DNA of 64,000 nt. Origin: Candidatus Methylomirabilia bacterium (GTDB lineage Bacteria > Methylomirabilota > Methylomirabilia > Rokubacteriales > CSP1-6). The position numbers and the translations under genes were made by a program. The stretch's first letter is position 1. Every line of letters starts with the position of its first letter. The DNA is taken from contig JBGPXN010000001.1 of assembly GCA_041492755.1 (NCBI GenBank), forward strand, positions 32,001 through 96,000. Reading direction: 5' to 3'. The notes under the pieces were generated by a model. That model was not told the origin of the DNA and searched no databases. It saw only the letters and a list, made by a program, of their open reading frames with translations. Shown in pieces: positions 51,888 through 61,798 of this stretch.

Positions 51888-52322
51888 TTACCGTCGAATC
51901 GCCATCAGGTCGGGCACGTCGTCGCCGACCAGCTCGGCCAAGCTCATGCTGTCCAGCATCTGCGTGATCGCCACTTGTAGTTTCTGCACGGGGCGCCGCA
52001 GGTTGCACCGCGCCATCTGCGGACACTCGCTCTCACTCTCCATGCACTCGACGATGTTGATCGGCCCCTCGAGTGCCCGCACCACCTGCCCCACCGTGAT
52101 GTCTGCCGGATGCCGGGCGAGCGTGTATCCCCCTTTCGGCCCGTTCTGACTCACGATGAGTCGCTGCTTGGCCAACCGCTGGAGGATCTTGGCGAGGAGC
52201 TCCGAAGGAATCCCGAAGGTCTCGGCGATCCGCTTCACGCTGACAGACCCGTCCTCTTCGTGGACGGCGATGAAATGAATCGCCATCAGCCCGTAATCCG
52301 CCCGTTTCGTGAACCTCAGCAC
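51888..52322 (-). CDS. Rrf2-family regulator (IscR-like)
   Basis: ADYG, GPKGGY.LA, ITVGQVVRALEG, three Cys (CMESESECPQMARC). Confidence 0.9.
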   Translation of the reverse strand: MLRFTKRADYGLMAIHFIAVHEEDGSVSVKRIAETFGIPSELLAKILQRLAKQRLIVSQNGPKGGYTLARHPADITVGQVVRALEGPINIVECMESESECPQMARCNLRRPVQKLQVAITQMLDSMSLAELVGDDVPDLMAIRR

Positions 52323-52359
52323 CCCGTCCCGTCCTCCGCCCGATCCATCACCGATCAGT

Positions 52360-52425
52360 ATATCCGACCGTCTTGATCGGCGACTAATTCAGTCGGAGTC
52401 TGCCACCAGGAACACCGCATGTCAA
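52360..52425 (-). promoter_or_regulatory. isc promoter with IscR-type operator(s)
   Basis: TTGACA(52425-52420)-N17-CAGACT; palindrome CGACT-AATTC-AGTCG at 52381-52395; related site ATATCCGACCGTCTTGATCGG at 52360-52380. Confidence 0.65.
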
Positions 52426-52588
52426 GATCGCGAATTGCCAAGCCAATGTAGGCGAAGAGGGACCAAGGGCGGACGAACCGAATCGAGACGTCGCCCGAGC
52501 AGGACCATCGGAAGGGCGGCAGCCACTCCGGGGAAACCGGGGCCCCGGAGTCAGAGGGTGTGAGGGAATTCGAGGGTGTGAGAAGAAT

Positions 52589-52642
52589 TCGAGGAGCGCC
52601 ACGGCTCCGCCGGGGCGCTCCGAGCGCAGGGGGGGTAGGGGG
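52589..52642 (-). repeat. REP-like element, locus 5 (hairpin A and G-tract only)
   Basis: tcgaggagcgccacggctccgccggggcgctccgagcgcaggggggg, just 3' of the galT-like stop. Confidence 0.8.
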
Positions 52643-52645
52643 TAC

Positions 52646-53629
52646 TCACTCGAGCCAGGCGTTACGAAGCTCGGCGGCCGTCTCCTCGGGGGCCTTTTCG
52701 TTCACGTAGATGCCGCCCACACGGTTGAATCGGTCGGAATGAGACACGATCTCGATGTGCCAGTGGTAGTCGTCCCGAATGGTCGCCCAGTCGCCCTGAA
52801 GAATCCGTGACCGGAGGTTCGGCGCGGTGTGCAGCACCATCTCGTAGGGCGGGTCGTCGAGGCGCTCCAGCGTCCGGAAGGACTGCGACAGCAGCCGCGC
52901 CAGATCGGGCGCCGTCTCCGACGTCAACGCTTCCTCGAACGAGCATCCGTGCCGGCGCGGAAGCACCCAGACCTCGAGCGGGCCGCGCGCCGCGTACGGT
53001 ACGACCGCCGCGAACGATTGGGTCAGGCGCACGATGCGGTCCTCGGCCGCAATCTCCTGGCGCAGCATGTCGCAGTAGAGGCAGCGCCGCTTGTACTGAT
53101 AGTATTCGCGGGCTTCCCGCAGTTCCCGCCGTGTGTCATCGAACACGATCGGAATCGCCGTGACCCGCGAGTACGGATGGTGTGCGGCAACCCCGGGCTT
53201 CTTGTGGTGCCGGGAGATCAGGATGTCGCGGATCTGGTTGTCGCGCTTGAGGTCCAACAGCCGGTCCCGGTACATCCAGAACACGGACTCGAGTTGATCG
53301 CAATGCATCGAGGCCATGGTGTCTTCGTGGCGGGTAGACTCGACGATCAGCTCGCTGGCGCCCCGCGGCGTGATCGTGTCGAACATGCCCACCCCCTCGC
53401 GGACGACTTCCCACTCGATGCGGAAGTAGGGATCGGCCTCGGCAACCACGCGTACGGTCCAGCCGGGCGCGTTGGGCGACGAGCCTTCCTTCCGATACGC
53501 AGCGATCTCGGGCCCGGTCGCGTTCTCCGCGCCGGGGCAGAAGGGACACTCGACTTCAGCGCTGGAGGCGGCCTTCGGCCGAACAAGGACCCAGCGCCCC
53601 CGGGTAGGGTCTTTCCTCAACTCGTTCAC
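52646..53629 (-). CDS. GalT/HIT-superfamily protein with degenerate active site
   Basis: ELRKDP..GRWV, CPFCPG.E, CLYCD, YHWHIEI; HPH motif reads HPY. Confidence 0.85.
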   Translation of the reverse strand: MNELRKDPTRGRWVLVRPKAASSAEVECPFCPGAENATGPEIAAYRKEGSSPNAPGWTVRVVAEADPYFRIEWEVVREGVGMFDTITPRGASELIVESTRHEDTMASMHCDQLESVFWMYRDRLLDLKRDNQIRDILISRHHKKPGVAAHHPYSRVTAIPIVFDDTRRELREAREYYQYKRRCLYCDMLRQEIAAEDRIVRLTQSFAAVVPYAARGPLEVWVLPRRHGCSFEEALTSETAPDLARLLSQSFRTLERLDDPPYEMVLHTAPNLRSRILQGDWATIRDDYHWHIEIVSHSDRFNRVGGIYVNEKAPEETAAELRNAWLE

Positions 53630-53666
53630 ACGGTTCTCCCAGTGGGGCGGACGAAGTGCGGGAGAT

Positions 53667-55013
53667 CTACTCCTTGATCTGGCCCTTGAGCTTGCGGAGA
53701 TGCTGGCGGGCAACGTCCACCCAGTCCTTCTCGGACGGCAGTCCCGAGGCTAGCGCGATGTACTTTTCCCACTGCGCGATGGCCTCCCGCGGATCCACCT
53801 TTTCGTACACGACGGCCAGGTTGTACATGGCGCCGGTGTGCTTCCCGTCGAGATCGATGACTTTGCGATACTCCTCGATTGCCTCTTTGTAGAGGCCCTT
53901 GTCCTCGTAGACATCGCCCAGGCCCATCCGGGCCTCGACCGAACGAGGGTCGAAGTCGATCGCCTTCCGGTAGGCGTTGACCGACTCGTAGTAGAGGCCC
54001 TTCTCGGCGTAGTAGATCTTCCCGAGACTCAGGTACACGCGCGAATTCACCGGGTCGAAGGTGAGCGCCTTCTGGTAGCCCGTGATGGCACCGTCCACGT
54101 CGCCCTTCGCGGCTCGGGCGTCTCCAAGCCCTACGTGCGCGTCGGCGTAGAACGGCCGCAGATCGATCGCCTTGGCGTAGGCCTCCACCGCCTGGTCGAA
54201 GAGGCGGCGGGGCGCGGACAGGAACAGGTCACCGAGCGCCTTGTAGGGCTCCGGGTATGCGGGGTCGAGCTGCGTGGAGGCACGGAACTGGGCGGCGGCC
54301 TTCCAGCGATTGCCAAGACTGAGGTGCACCGTGCCGAGCATGTACTGGGCGACAGCGAAGCTCGGATCCGTCTCGATCGCCCGGGACAACAGATCGGCCG
54401 CAGACTCGTTGCTTTCCTGCCCGCCGCGCCGGAGGGTCGCCTGGCTCCGCGCGTAGAGCTCGAGCGCCTTCAACGAGCGCGTCGGCCGGGCGGCCTTGTC
54501 CATGCGGTTCGCTTCCGCATCCGTCGGTGTCACCTTGAGCGTGCGCGCGTACGCGAGCGGCAGTGCCGCCATGCGGTTCAACAGCTCGCCATCGGGAACC
54601 GACACGGGCTCGAGGTTGACGACGTCCGTTCCATTGGCTTTCACATCGAGCAGCCGCGGCCGGAGCACCAGCTCCCCACCTGCGCGGACGACCTGGCCGA
54701 AGGCCGCGTTGTCGACCTTCAAGGCGCGCGCGGCCTGGGTCACCGGGGCCTCGCCCCATGCCGAATGCTCGCCGAGCGCCCGCGAACGGGCGGGGTCGAG
54801 CTCGATGAAGGCGGGATGCTGGGCCAACCCGAGACGGACGATCTGCGCCACGCCCTCGCCGATCCACTGCTCGTCGGGCGGCAGCGTGGACGCGTCGAAC
54901 GGCAGCACCAACACGATCCGGGGCTTGACCGCGGCCGCGGCTGACCCCGCCGCAATCAGGACGAACACGGCGGCCAACAGTCGCGCGACGTTCCGCCCCG
55001 TCTTACCGTTCAT
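53667..55013 (-). CDS. Exported TPR-repeat protein with TolB-N-like N-terminal domain
   Basis: Signal peptide, VLVLPFD...WIGEG, multiple TPR-like repeats. Confidence 0.85.
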   Translation of the reverse strand: MNGKTGRNVARLLAAVFVLIAAGSAAAAVKPRIVLVLPFDASTLPPDEQWIGEGVAQIVRLGLAQHPAFIELDPARSRALGEHSAWGEAPVTQAARALKVDNAAFGQVVRAGGELVLRPRLLDVKANGTDVVNLEPVSVPDGELLNRMAALPLAYARTLKVTPTDAEANRMDKAARPTRSLKALELYARSQATLRRGGQESNESAADLLSRAIETDPSFAVAQYMLGTVHLSLGNRWKAAAQFRASTQLDPAYPEPYKALGDLFLSAPRRLFDQAVEAYAKAIDLRPFYADAHVGLGDARAAKGDVDGAITGYQKALTFDPVNSRVYLSLGKIYYAEKGLYYESVNAYRKAIDFDPRSVEARMGLGDVYEDKGLYKEAIEEYRKVIDLDGKHTGAMYNLAVVYEKVDPREAIAQWEKYIALASGLPSEKDWVDVARQHLRKLKGQIKE

Positions 55014-58000
55014 CGAGCGGTCCTCCCTGCCCTTCGCCCCGTTTGCGGCTCGCAACGCGCCACCGCCACAGCCGACCACCCAAGCGGCGGAACGCCGCGG
55101 GAGCAACCCGTCGCAGCGCGATCTCCGGGATCATGAGCAACGCCACCAACCCCACCATCCAGGGCCAAACCTCGACAGCAATCCGCGATTGCCTTCGTGC
55201 TTCCTGGAACGCCTGCCGCGGTTCCTTGAGGGCGCCACCGCCGGTCAGCTCGGCCAGCTCGCGCAGCGCCGTCTCGTCGACGCCGAGGTTGCGCAACTCC
55301 TGTGCATACGGTACCACCAGCCCGGCAAGCTGCGAACCAATGACACGCTCCTGCTTCCGCTGTGCCATCCCGACCAGGTACACGCCTTCCTGGGGCGCCG
55401 GGAACCGGCCGCGATACCGGCCGGGAGCGACCTGCTCGAGATCGAGCACGGTGCGCTCGCGGTTGGGCGCGACCACACCGACCTGCGTGTCCAGGAAGTT
55501 GATGAACTCGCCCTTGGCGTCCACGGCGTCGACCACGATCTCGCCGAAGTTGTCGCGGCGCTCGACGGTGGCGACCGTCTCCGATCGCGAGCCGCTGCGC
55601 AGCGTCCATCGCGTGACCTGCGCCCAAAACTTGTTGAAGTCGCGCCAACGGAGCCACAGGACGCCCCACTTCGCCTTGGCGTCGGAGGTGAACGCCACCG
55701 AACGCCCGAGACCGTACCGCCAGGCGGCGAGGATCGGATCCTCCTGGTGGCTCATGAGGACCATCTCGGCGTTCTGCTTCAGCGTCGTCGCCACGTAGCC
55801 GCCCAGCGGCGGCACCGCTTTCCAGTCGATGTCCTGGATCGACTCGTGCGACGGTCCGGTCAGCTGCGGCTTGAACGGCTGCTCGACCAGCGAGGCTTTG
55901 GAGGCGAGTTGCGTTTCCAGCGTGAAGATGCGCGGGATCGTCTGCGAGTCCTCGGTGTAGTAGAAGCGCCCGCGGCCCCACTTGGCGATGTCCACCATGA
56001 GCTGGACGTCGGAGTCCTTGCCGATGGCGACGGACGACACGGTGATCTTGTCCTTCACCATGCGCCGCAGCAGCCCCTGGAAATCGCCCCGCGTCATCTG
56101 GCCGTCGGACAGGAAGATCACGTGCTTGAGCAGCGCGGGGCGCTCGAAGAGCACGGCGTACGCGTCCTTCAGCGCCGGGTACCCATCGGTGCCGCCGCCC
56201 GCCTTGATGGTCGCGATCGCGTGGTGGATCGCCGACTTGTCCCGGGCCGGCCGCACCGGCACGTCCCAGATGAACTCCGTGTCCCAGCTCTGCACGCCGA
56301 CTTCGTTGCGGTCGTCGAGGAGGTCGACCACGAGGTGGCTGGCCTCCTTGGCGAGGTCCAGCTTGGTGACCTTCTCGTCCGTCGACATCGCCATCGAACC
56401 GGAACGGTCGATCGAGAGCACGACGGCGAGGCTCGGGATCTCGACCTTCTGCCGGACCTCCATCGTGACCGGCAGCGCTTCTTCGACCGGCGTGCGGTAG
56501 TAGCCGCCGACGCCGAAGCTTTCTTCGCCGCCGATCATGATGAGGCCACCGCCATGATCGCGGACGTAGTCACGGATGTTCGTCATTTGCGGGCGCGAGA
56601 TCTTCAACGACGACACGTTGGACAGCACGATGCCGTCGTACTTCTCCAGCCCGGCCATGTCCTTGGGAATGCCGGCCGCCTCGACGACGGTGACCTCGAT
56701 GTTCTGGGCGCGCAGCGCGGCCACCAGCGATTGCGCGTGGCTCTTGTCCTTCTCCGCCAGCAGCACCTGAGGTCGGCCGCGCACCACCACCGTCCCGACC
56801 GCGCGGTTGTTCTCTTCGATGGTGTCGCCGTCGACCTCGATGGCGGCCTGGTAAACGTGGATGCCGCTGGCGTCCAGCGACTGGCGGTAGCTGAACACGT
56901 TCTTGCCGGCGTTGAGCCGGATGACCTGCGAGCCGAGGAACTCGCCGTTGCGGAACAGCGAGAGGCGGCCGTTGGTGTCCTTCAGGCTCCACGCCACCAC
57001 CTTGGCCTGGAACGGCTCCCCGTACTTCACCTCGCGTGGCAGCACCATGGACTCCGCCACGACTTCCTGGGTGAAGGTCAGCGGGGCGGCGACGTAGTAG
57101 ATGTCGGCCCCCCCGTCCTTGGCCGCCTGCGCGCCCGTCACGCTGTTGCCGCGCGTTTCCTGGCCGTCGGTGAGCATGACGATGCGATTGGCGTGTCCCG
57201 GAGGCAGCGTGGCGAGCGCGAGCTGCAGCGCCTGGAAGATGTTGGTGCCGCGCGCGTTCACTTCGGCCTTCGGGCGATCGACCGTCGGCCGGTTGGCCAA
57301 CGGCTGATCGACGACGGGTTCCTCGCCGAAGACGATCACGCTCTGGCGGTCGTTGGCTCGCATGTGCTTGACGGCTTCGGACACGAAGCGCCACGAGCGC
57401 TCACGGGCGGCCAGACTCACGCTGTCCGAGTGGTCGAGCAGGAAGACGACGTTGAGCCGGTCGACCCATCGCGGCACCGTCGGCCGGAGCAGCGTCAGCG
57501 CGAGCAAGATCACCAAGGCGCCGCGGGTGGCGAGCGCCCACCGATCGGCCTGGCCGCCGGGCAACGCCCAGCGTCCCGCGCTCTGTCGCCGCCAGTAGAG
57601 GACGCCCTCCAGCAGCAGGAGCAGCACGGCGATCAGCACGAACAGCTGCCAGAGCTCGCGCTGCACCGGGACGGGCATCGCGGTGGCCGCCGCGGCGCCG
57701 GTGGCCACCGGCAACGGGCGAGGCACGACGTTGGACTCGTCCGCGTCCATCAGGTTGACGGCGACCTTCATCTGGCCGCGCGAGGTCGTCAGCGTGTAGA
57801 CACCGACCTCGTCGGTCTCGGTGAAGCTCGCCATGCCTCGCGTGATCTGCCCCTTCACCGTGCGGCCGCCGGGGGTGGTCACCGTGACCGAGTTCACCCC
57901 GTGCTCCACCGGGAGCAGGATCGGCTGCCCCGTCGCGAGCTGGAAGCTGGCCTGGTCCAGACCGGCCGGGTGCAGCCAGCGCAGCCCGTTCGAGAGGATC

Positions 58001-59412
58001 AACGGGAACGCCACCCGCAATGGCAGGTCGCTCTTGAACAGGTCGAAGCCCACGAACAGCGCCTTGCGATCCGGCTCCTCCAGCGCGTAGATGATCGGCC
58101 CGCCGACCGCCTCCACCAGCGGCCGCCCGGCGGCGAGCGGACGGATCCGTAGCGCGTCTTCGATGGCGACCTTGGCGAACTCGACGTGACGCATAACGGG
58201 ATGACTGCGGTCCCAATCCATGATGGTCGGGCGCTCGATGCGGCCCAGCGTCTCCAGCGGCACGTCGGGCGGCACGGCGTTGACGAAGATGAAGCGACCG
58301 GCGCCGACCTTGGCCGGCGTGACGGAGTCGAGCACGACCACGTCGGCCTCGCCCATGCCGCCCTGGTACTGATCGGGCGTGCGGACCTCGACGGTTACTT
58401 GTGGGTCGGTTCTCAGAACCTTTTCCAGGAACAGGTTGCCGGGGCTGACCAGCAACACCGAGATCTTGCGTGGGGGCGGCAGGACGGCGTAGGCCACATT
58501 GTCGGTGGCGAGGTCGTCGCGCACTTGCAGCCGCGCCGTCACCACGCCGCCGCCGGTGTGGCTGAAGGGCAGGACCACCGAGCGCCGCACGTTCGGCTCG
58601 AGGGTCACCGACTTCTCGGCGAAGGGACGGTCGTCGACGTCGAGCGTGAACGTGAACGTCTGCGCGTCCGGCGTGTAGTTCACCAGTGACACGAAGGCCT
58701 GGTACTCGAGCGCGCCGTAGTAGTTCTTGCGGATGGCCAGGTTGGTGATGCCGACGTTGCGACCGCCCTGGCCGATGCCGATCCAGCGCACGCGTGGATC
58801 CTTCGTTTCCTCGGAGTCGGCCAGCGCGTAGGCCCCATCGGTGAAGACGTGGATCTCGGCGCGCCGGTCGTTGCCCACGAGCGCGCGCGCCGTGCGGATG
58901 GCCTCCGGGAGCCGATGCGGCAGGTCGTGGGCCTGCGCACTGCGGATGGCGGCCACCGCGCGGTCGCGATCGCGCGAGAGCGCCGCCACCACCTTCGGCT
59001 GCACGCCCGATTCGATCACCATGATCTCGGCGCCTTCACCGAGCCGGCCGACCAGCCCGAGCGCCTCGCTCCGGGCTACCGCGAAGCGCGTGGCTCCGAC
59101 GTCGCGGGTCTTCATGGATGCGGACGTGTCGAGGACGATCACGACCTTGCGCGCGCCCTGGCCCATGATCGTCACCGCCGGCCGCGCGAGCGCCAGCGCC
59201 AGCGCGAGCAGGGCGAGGATCTGGAGGATCATCAGCGGGTCGCGCTGCAAGCGCTGGAAGAACGCGGAGGCCTCGCGGTCGCGGAGCGACGTCTCCCACA
59301 GCAGCAGGCTGGACACCGTGCGCTCGCGCCGGCGAACCTTGAGGAAGTAGAGGAGGACGAGCGGCAGCGACAGCCCGAAGAGGGCCAGCGCAAGTGGGGA
59401 CAGGAAACTCAT
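55003..59412 (-). CDS. Large membrane protein with BatA-like N-terminus, three VWA domains and a GATase-like region
   Basis: PLVLLYFLK...VSSLLLW; MIDAS motifs DTSAS, DHSDS, DRSGS; GGGLIMIGG..SFG.GGY; WRYGLGR. Confidence 0.88.
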   Translation of the reverse strand: MSFLSPLALALFGLSLPLVLLYFLKVRRRERTVSSLLLWETSLRDREASAFFQRLQRDPLMILQILALLALALALARPAVTIMGQGARKVVIVLDTSASMKTRDVGATRFAVARSEALGLVGRLGEGAEIMVIESGVQPKVVAALSRDRDRAVAAIRSAQAHDLPHRLPEAIRTARALVGNDRRAEIHVFTDGAYALADSEETKDPRVRWIGIGQGGRNVGITNLAIRKNYYGALEYQAFVSLVNYTPDAQTFTFTLDVDDRPFAEKSVTLEPNVRRSVVLPFSHTGGGVVTARLQVRDDLATDNVAYAVLPPPRKISVLLVSPGNLFLEKVLRTDPQVTVEVRTPDQYQGGMGEADVVVLDSVTPAKVGAGRFIFVNAVPPDVPLETLGRIERPTIMDWDRSHPVMRHVEFAKVAIEDALRIRPLAAGRPLVEAVGGPIIYALEEPDRKALFVGFDLFKSDLPLRVAFPLILSNGLRWLHPAGLDQASFQLATGQPILLPVEHGVNSVTVTTPGGRTVKGQITRGMASFTETDEVGVYTLTTSRGQMKVAVNLMDADESNVVPRPLPVATGAAAATAMPVPVQRELWQLFVLIAVLLLLLEGVLYWRRQSAGRWALPGGQADRWALATRGALVILLALTLLRPTVPRWVDRLNVVFLLDHSDSVSLAARERSWRFVSEAVKHMRANDRQSVIVFGEEPVVDQPLANRPTVDRPKAEVNARGTNIFQALQLALATLPPGHANRIVMLTDGQETRGNSVTGAQAAKDGGADIYYVAAPLTFTQEVVAESMVLPREVKYGEPFQAKVVAWSLKDTNGRLSLFRNGEFLGSQVIRLNAGKNVFSYRQSLDASGIHVYQAAIEVDGDTIEENNRAVGTVVVRGRPQVLLAEKDKSHAQSLVAALRAQNIEVTVVEAAGIPKDMAGLEKYDGIVLSNVSSLKISRPQMTNIRDYVRDHGGGLIMIGGEESFGVGGYYRTPVEEALPVTMEVRQKVEIPSLAVVLSIDRSGSMAMSTDEKVTKLDLAKEASHLVVDLLDDRNEVGVQSWDTEFIWDVPVRPARDKSAIHHAIATIKAGGGTDGYPALKDAYAVLFERPALLKHVIFLSDGQMTRGDFQGLLRRMVKDKITVSSVAIGKDSDVQLMVDIAKWGRGRFYYTEDSQTIPRIFTLETQLASKASLVEQPFKPQLTGPSHESIQDIDWKAVPPLGGYVATTLKQNAEMVLMSHQEDPILAAWRYGLGRSVAFTSDAKAKWGVLWLRWRDFNKFWAQVTRWTLRSGSRSETVATVERRDNFGEIVVDAVDAKGEFINFLDTQVGVVAPNRERTVLDLEQVAPGRYRGRFPAPQEGVYLVGMAQRKQERVIGSQLAGLVVPYAQELRNLGVDETALRELAELTGGGALKEPRQAFQEARRQSRIAVEVWPWMVGLVALLMIPEIALRRVAPAAFRRLGGRLWRWRVASRKRGEGQGGPLDER

Positions 59413-60320
59413 CCCAGCACCAACCCCCTGAGCTGTCCGAGGACGAATTCCTCGACGGACACGTCGGTGGTCACCCGCCGGTAGCCGATCTCCTGGCTTC
59501 GGCAGAAGCCCTCGACCTTCTCGAGGAACTGGGCGAGCCGCTGGCGGTAGGCACGCATCACGTCACCATCGATGGTGATCTCGCGGACCTCGCCCGTTTC
59601 GGAATCGTGCAGTCGGAGGTCGCCCCCGAGCGTCGGATTGACTTCCTCCGGATCCAACACGTGGATGACGTGCACCTCGAATCGTCGCTCGAGCATCGCC
59701 CGCACGCCCTGCTCGAATCCCACGGGATCCATGAAGTCGGAGATGATCACCGCGAGTCCGGACTCCCGCGCCCGCATCGCGTACGCGCCGAGGGCGCCAT
59801 TGAGGCTCGTCGGGCCGCCGGGGCGCACCCGCCCGAAGAAATCCACCAGCGCGGAGAACTGATTGCGGCCGCGTACCGGCGGCCACCCCTCGCTGAGGCG
59901 CTCGCGCAGCACGGCGACGCCCACCCGCTCGAGGTTGACCAGGCCTACGAAGCCGAGCGCGAGCGCGACGCGGGAGGCGAACTGCAGCTTGCTCGGCGTG
60001 CCGAAGCCCATCGACAGCGAGGCGTCGACCAGCAGGTGCAGTCGGAGGTCTTCCTCGTCGACGAACAGCTTGACGTGCAGGCGGTCGTGCCGCCCGTACA
60101 CGTTCCAGTCGACGTAGCGGAGATCGTCGCCGCTGCCGTAGGCGCGGTAGTCGCAGAACTCGACGCTGTGACCCTTGCGCGGACTGCGCCGCTCGCCCTT
60201 GACCCGGCCCCGGAACGCCCGGCGGGAGGCGAGGGCGAGGCGCTCGAGCTGCGCCAGGAACTCGGAGGTGAACGGCGTCTGCGCGGTGGCCGCGGTCTTA
60301 CCGGTCGTCGCCGTGCTCAC
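59409..60320 (-). CDS. DUF58 family protein
   Basis: EFCDYRAY..GDDLRYVDW, DASLSM, IISDF. Confidence 0.92.
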   Translation of the reverse strand: MSTATTGKTAATAQTPFTSEFLAQLERLALASRRAFRGRVKGERRSPRKGHSVEFCDYRAYGSGDDLRYVDWNVYGRHDRLHVKLFVDEEDLRLHLLVDASLSMGFGTPSKLQFASRVALALGFVGLVNLERVGVAVLRERLSEGWPPVRGRNQFSALVDFFGRVRPGGPTSLNGALGAYAMRARESGLAVIISDFMDPVGFEQGVRAMLERRFEVHVIHVLDPEEVNPTLGGDLRLHDSETGEVREITIDGDVMRAYRQRLAQFLEKVEGFCRSQEIGYRRVTTDVSVEEFVLGQLRGLVLG

Positions 60321-60323
60321 GAT

Positions 60324-61772
60324 CTACCGCTCGTCCAGCGCCTGGAAATAGTCCTTGATCTGCCCGTGGAACTCCCGCGGCACCTGCTCGCGGGCGATGG
60401 CGTCCTCCATCATCTTTCGGTACTGGCCGATGACGCCGAGGTACGACAGCCGCGAGCCCATGGGGCCGCCCTTGCCGGTGAGGTTCGTGTCGAAGCCGTC
60501 CTTGCGGCCGCGCCGACTCTCACCCTCGACGCCGACGTCGTACGGACTGGCGCGCAACCGCTGCGTCGCGTCGCCCTTGGGCGAGCCGCTCTTGCCCTTG
60601 CCAGGAAGCAGCCCTTCGCCCTCCCCGAAGTCCTGGTCCTCGGGCCCGCCGCCCCCCGGCTGGTTTCGATCGCGTCCGGCCGACTGGCTGCTGTCGCGGC
60701 CGCCGCGCAGATTTTTGCCGCCGCGCTGTCGCTCCTCCATCGCGCGCAGCTTGTCGAGAGCCTTGGACATCGCCTCCATGGCCTTGTCGGTCTGGCCACC
60801 CTCGAGCGCTTCCATGCCTTCGGAGACTTCCGAGCCCCAGTTGCCGCCCTTGCGTCCCAGCCGCTCCATCTCCTCGAGCAGCTCCTTCAGTTTCTGCGGC
60901 GAAATCTGGTCGGGACGCAGGCCGCCACTGAGCGCCTTCGACTTGCGGAAGACCATCTTGTACTGGCTCTGGGTGAAGTCGGACTGTAGATCCGGCAGCC
61001 GGTCGGCCTGCTCCAGCATCTTCAGTCGCTCGTCACCCTTGTTCAGGAAGCTGTTGAAGTCCGGGCGCTGCGAGCCGAGCGCGGTGTCCTTGAAGATGGC
61101 CGAGAGGTCGCCGGTGGTCGATGCTCCGGCCGCCCCGGTCTTCTGCGCGAAGTCACGCTCCTCGAACGCCGAGCGCTTGAGCGCGTCTTTCGGCGTGCGC
61201 GGACGGTCCTGCTCGACCATGCCCGCCCCGGTGCGGTCCGCCGGCTCTTCGCTCTCGGCCCCGTCGGAGAGGTTCGGCAGGCGCGGCGTCGGCAACGGCA
61301 GCGGTGGCGCCAGCGCCAGTATCACCGCGGCCAGCGCGGGCACCGGCAGCCACATCGCCTCGCGCGGCAGGATGCGTCGCGCCACTTGCTTCGGCGCCAG
61401 CGAGCCCACGCGCGCGGTCACGTCGGCCACGAGCGCCTCCACCAGCGGCGTGCGGTCAGGACGCGGCGCCCATTCCAGCGCGGTCGCGAGCCGGTCTTGC
61501 AGCCCGAACGCGGCGTCGGCGAGGCGGGCGGCGTCCCCGCGCGGCACGCGACGCACGAATCCCCAGAGCCCGCCGGCCAGCAAGCCGGCCGCGGCCACGC
61601 CGAGGGCCAGGGGCAACGCGAGCGCGCCGAGCGGTGTCTTGAAGACGAGGAGCGCGGCGCCGAGGGCCACGCCGTAGAAGAGTCCGCGGAGCGCGTAGTG
61701 CTCGGCGCGCCGCAGGCGGACCTGTGACACGATGGTCTGCACGAGACGGTCGAGCGGTTCAGGCTGCGACAT
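60324..61772 (-). CDS. Membrane-anchored helical protein of the MoxR operon
   Basis: N-terminal TMs, GLQDRLATALE, Gly-rich tail, EQVP....IKDYF. Confidence 0.75.
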   Translation of the reverse strand: MSQPEPLDRLVQTIVSQVRLRRAEHYALRGLFYGVALGAALLVFKTPLGALALPLALGVAAAGLLAGGLWGFVRRVPRGDAARLADAAFGLQDRLATALEWAPRPDRTPLVEALVADVTARVGSLAPKQVARRILPREAMWLPVPALAAVILALAPPLPLPTPRLPNLSDGAESEEPADRTGAGMVEQDRPRTPKDALKRSAFEERDFAQKTGAAGASTTGDLSAIFKDTALGSQRPDFNSFLNKGDERLKMLEQADRLPDLQSDFTQSQYKMVFRKSKALSGGLRPDQISPQKLKELLEEMERLGRKGGNWGSEVSEGMEALEGGQTDKAMEAMSKALDKLRAMEERQRGGKNLRGGRDSSQSAGRDRNQPGGGGPEDQDFGEGEGLLPGKGKSGSPKGDATQRLRASPYDVGVEGESRRGRKDGFDTNLTGKGGPMGSRLSYLGVIGQYRKMMEDAIAREQVPREFHGQIKDYFQALDER

Positions 61773-61798
61773 CCGGGCCTCCTCGGTGGCGACGGCGC

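Noticed and set aside
52430..52590. CAGG...GGAA...GCAGC and a GC hairpin suggesting SRP RNA or a riboswitch
   Set aside because: Spacing does not fit SRP helix 8 and no full riboswitch core is recognisable; needs an Rfam scan.
52554..52593. Short duplication GAGGGTGTGAG...GAATTCGAGG
   Set aside because: Only two imperfect copies at the edge of the REP-like element; no independent function supportable.
54496..58152. 1218-aa plus-strand ORF and other long antisense ORFs (3402-5936, 8142-9857, 23778-25778, 33624-35558)
   Set aside because: Shadow frames of well-supported high-GC genes, with no recognisable motifs.
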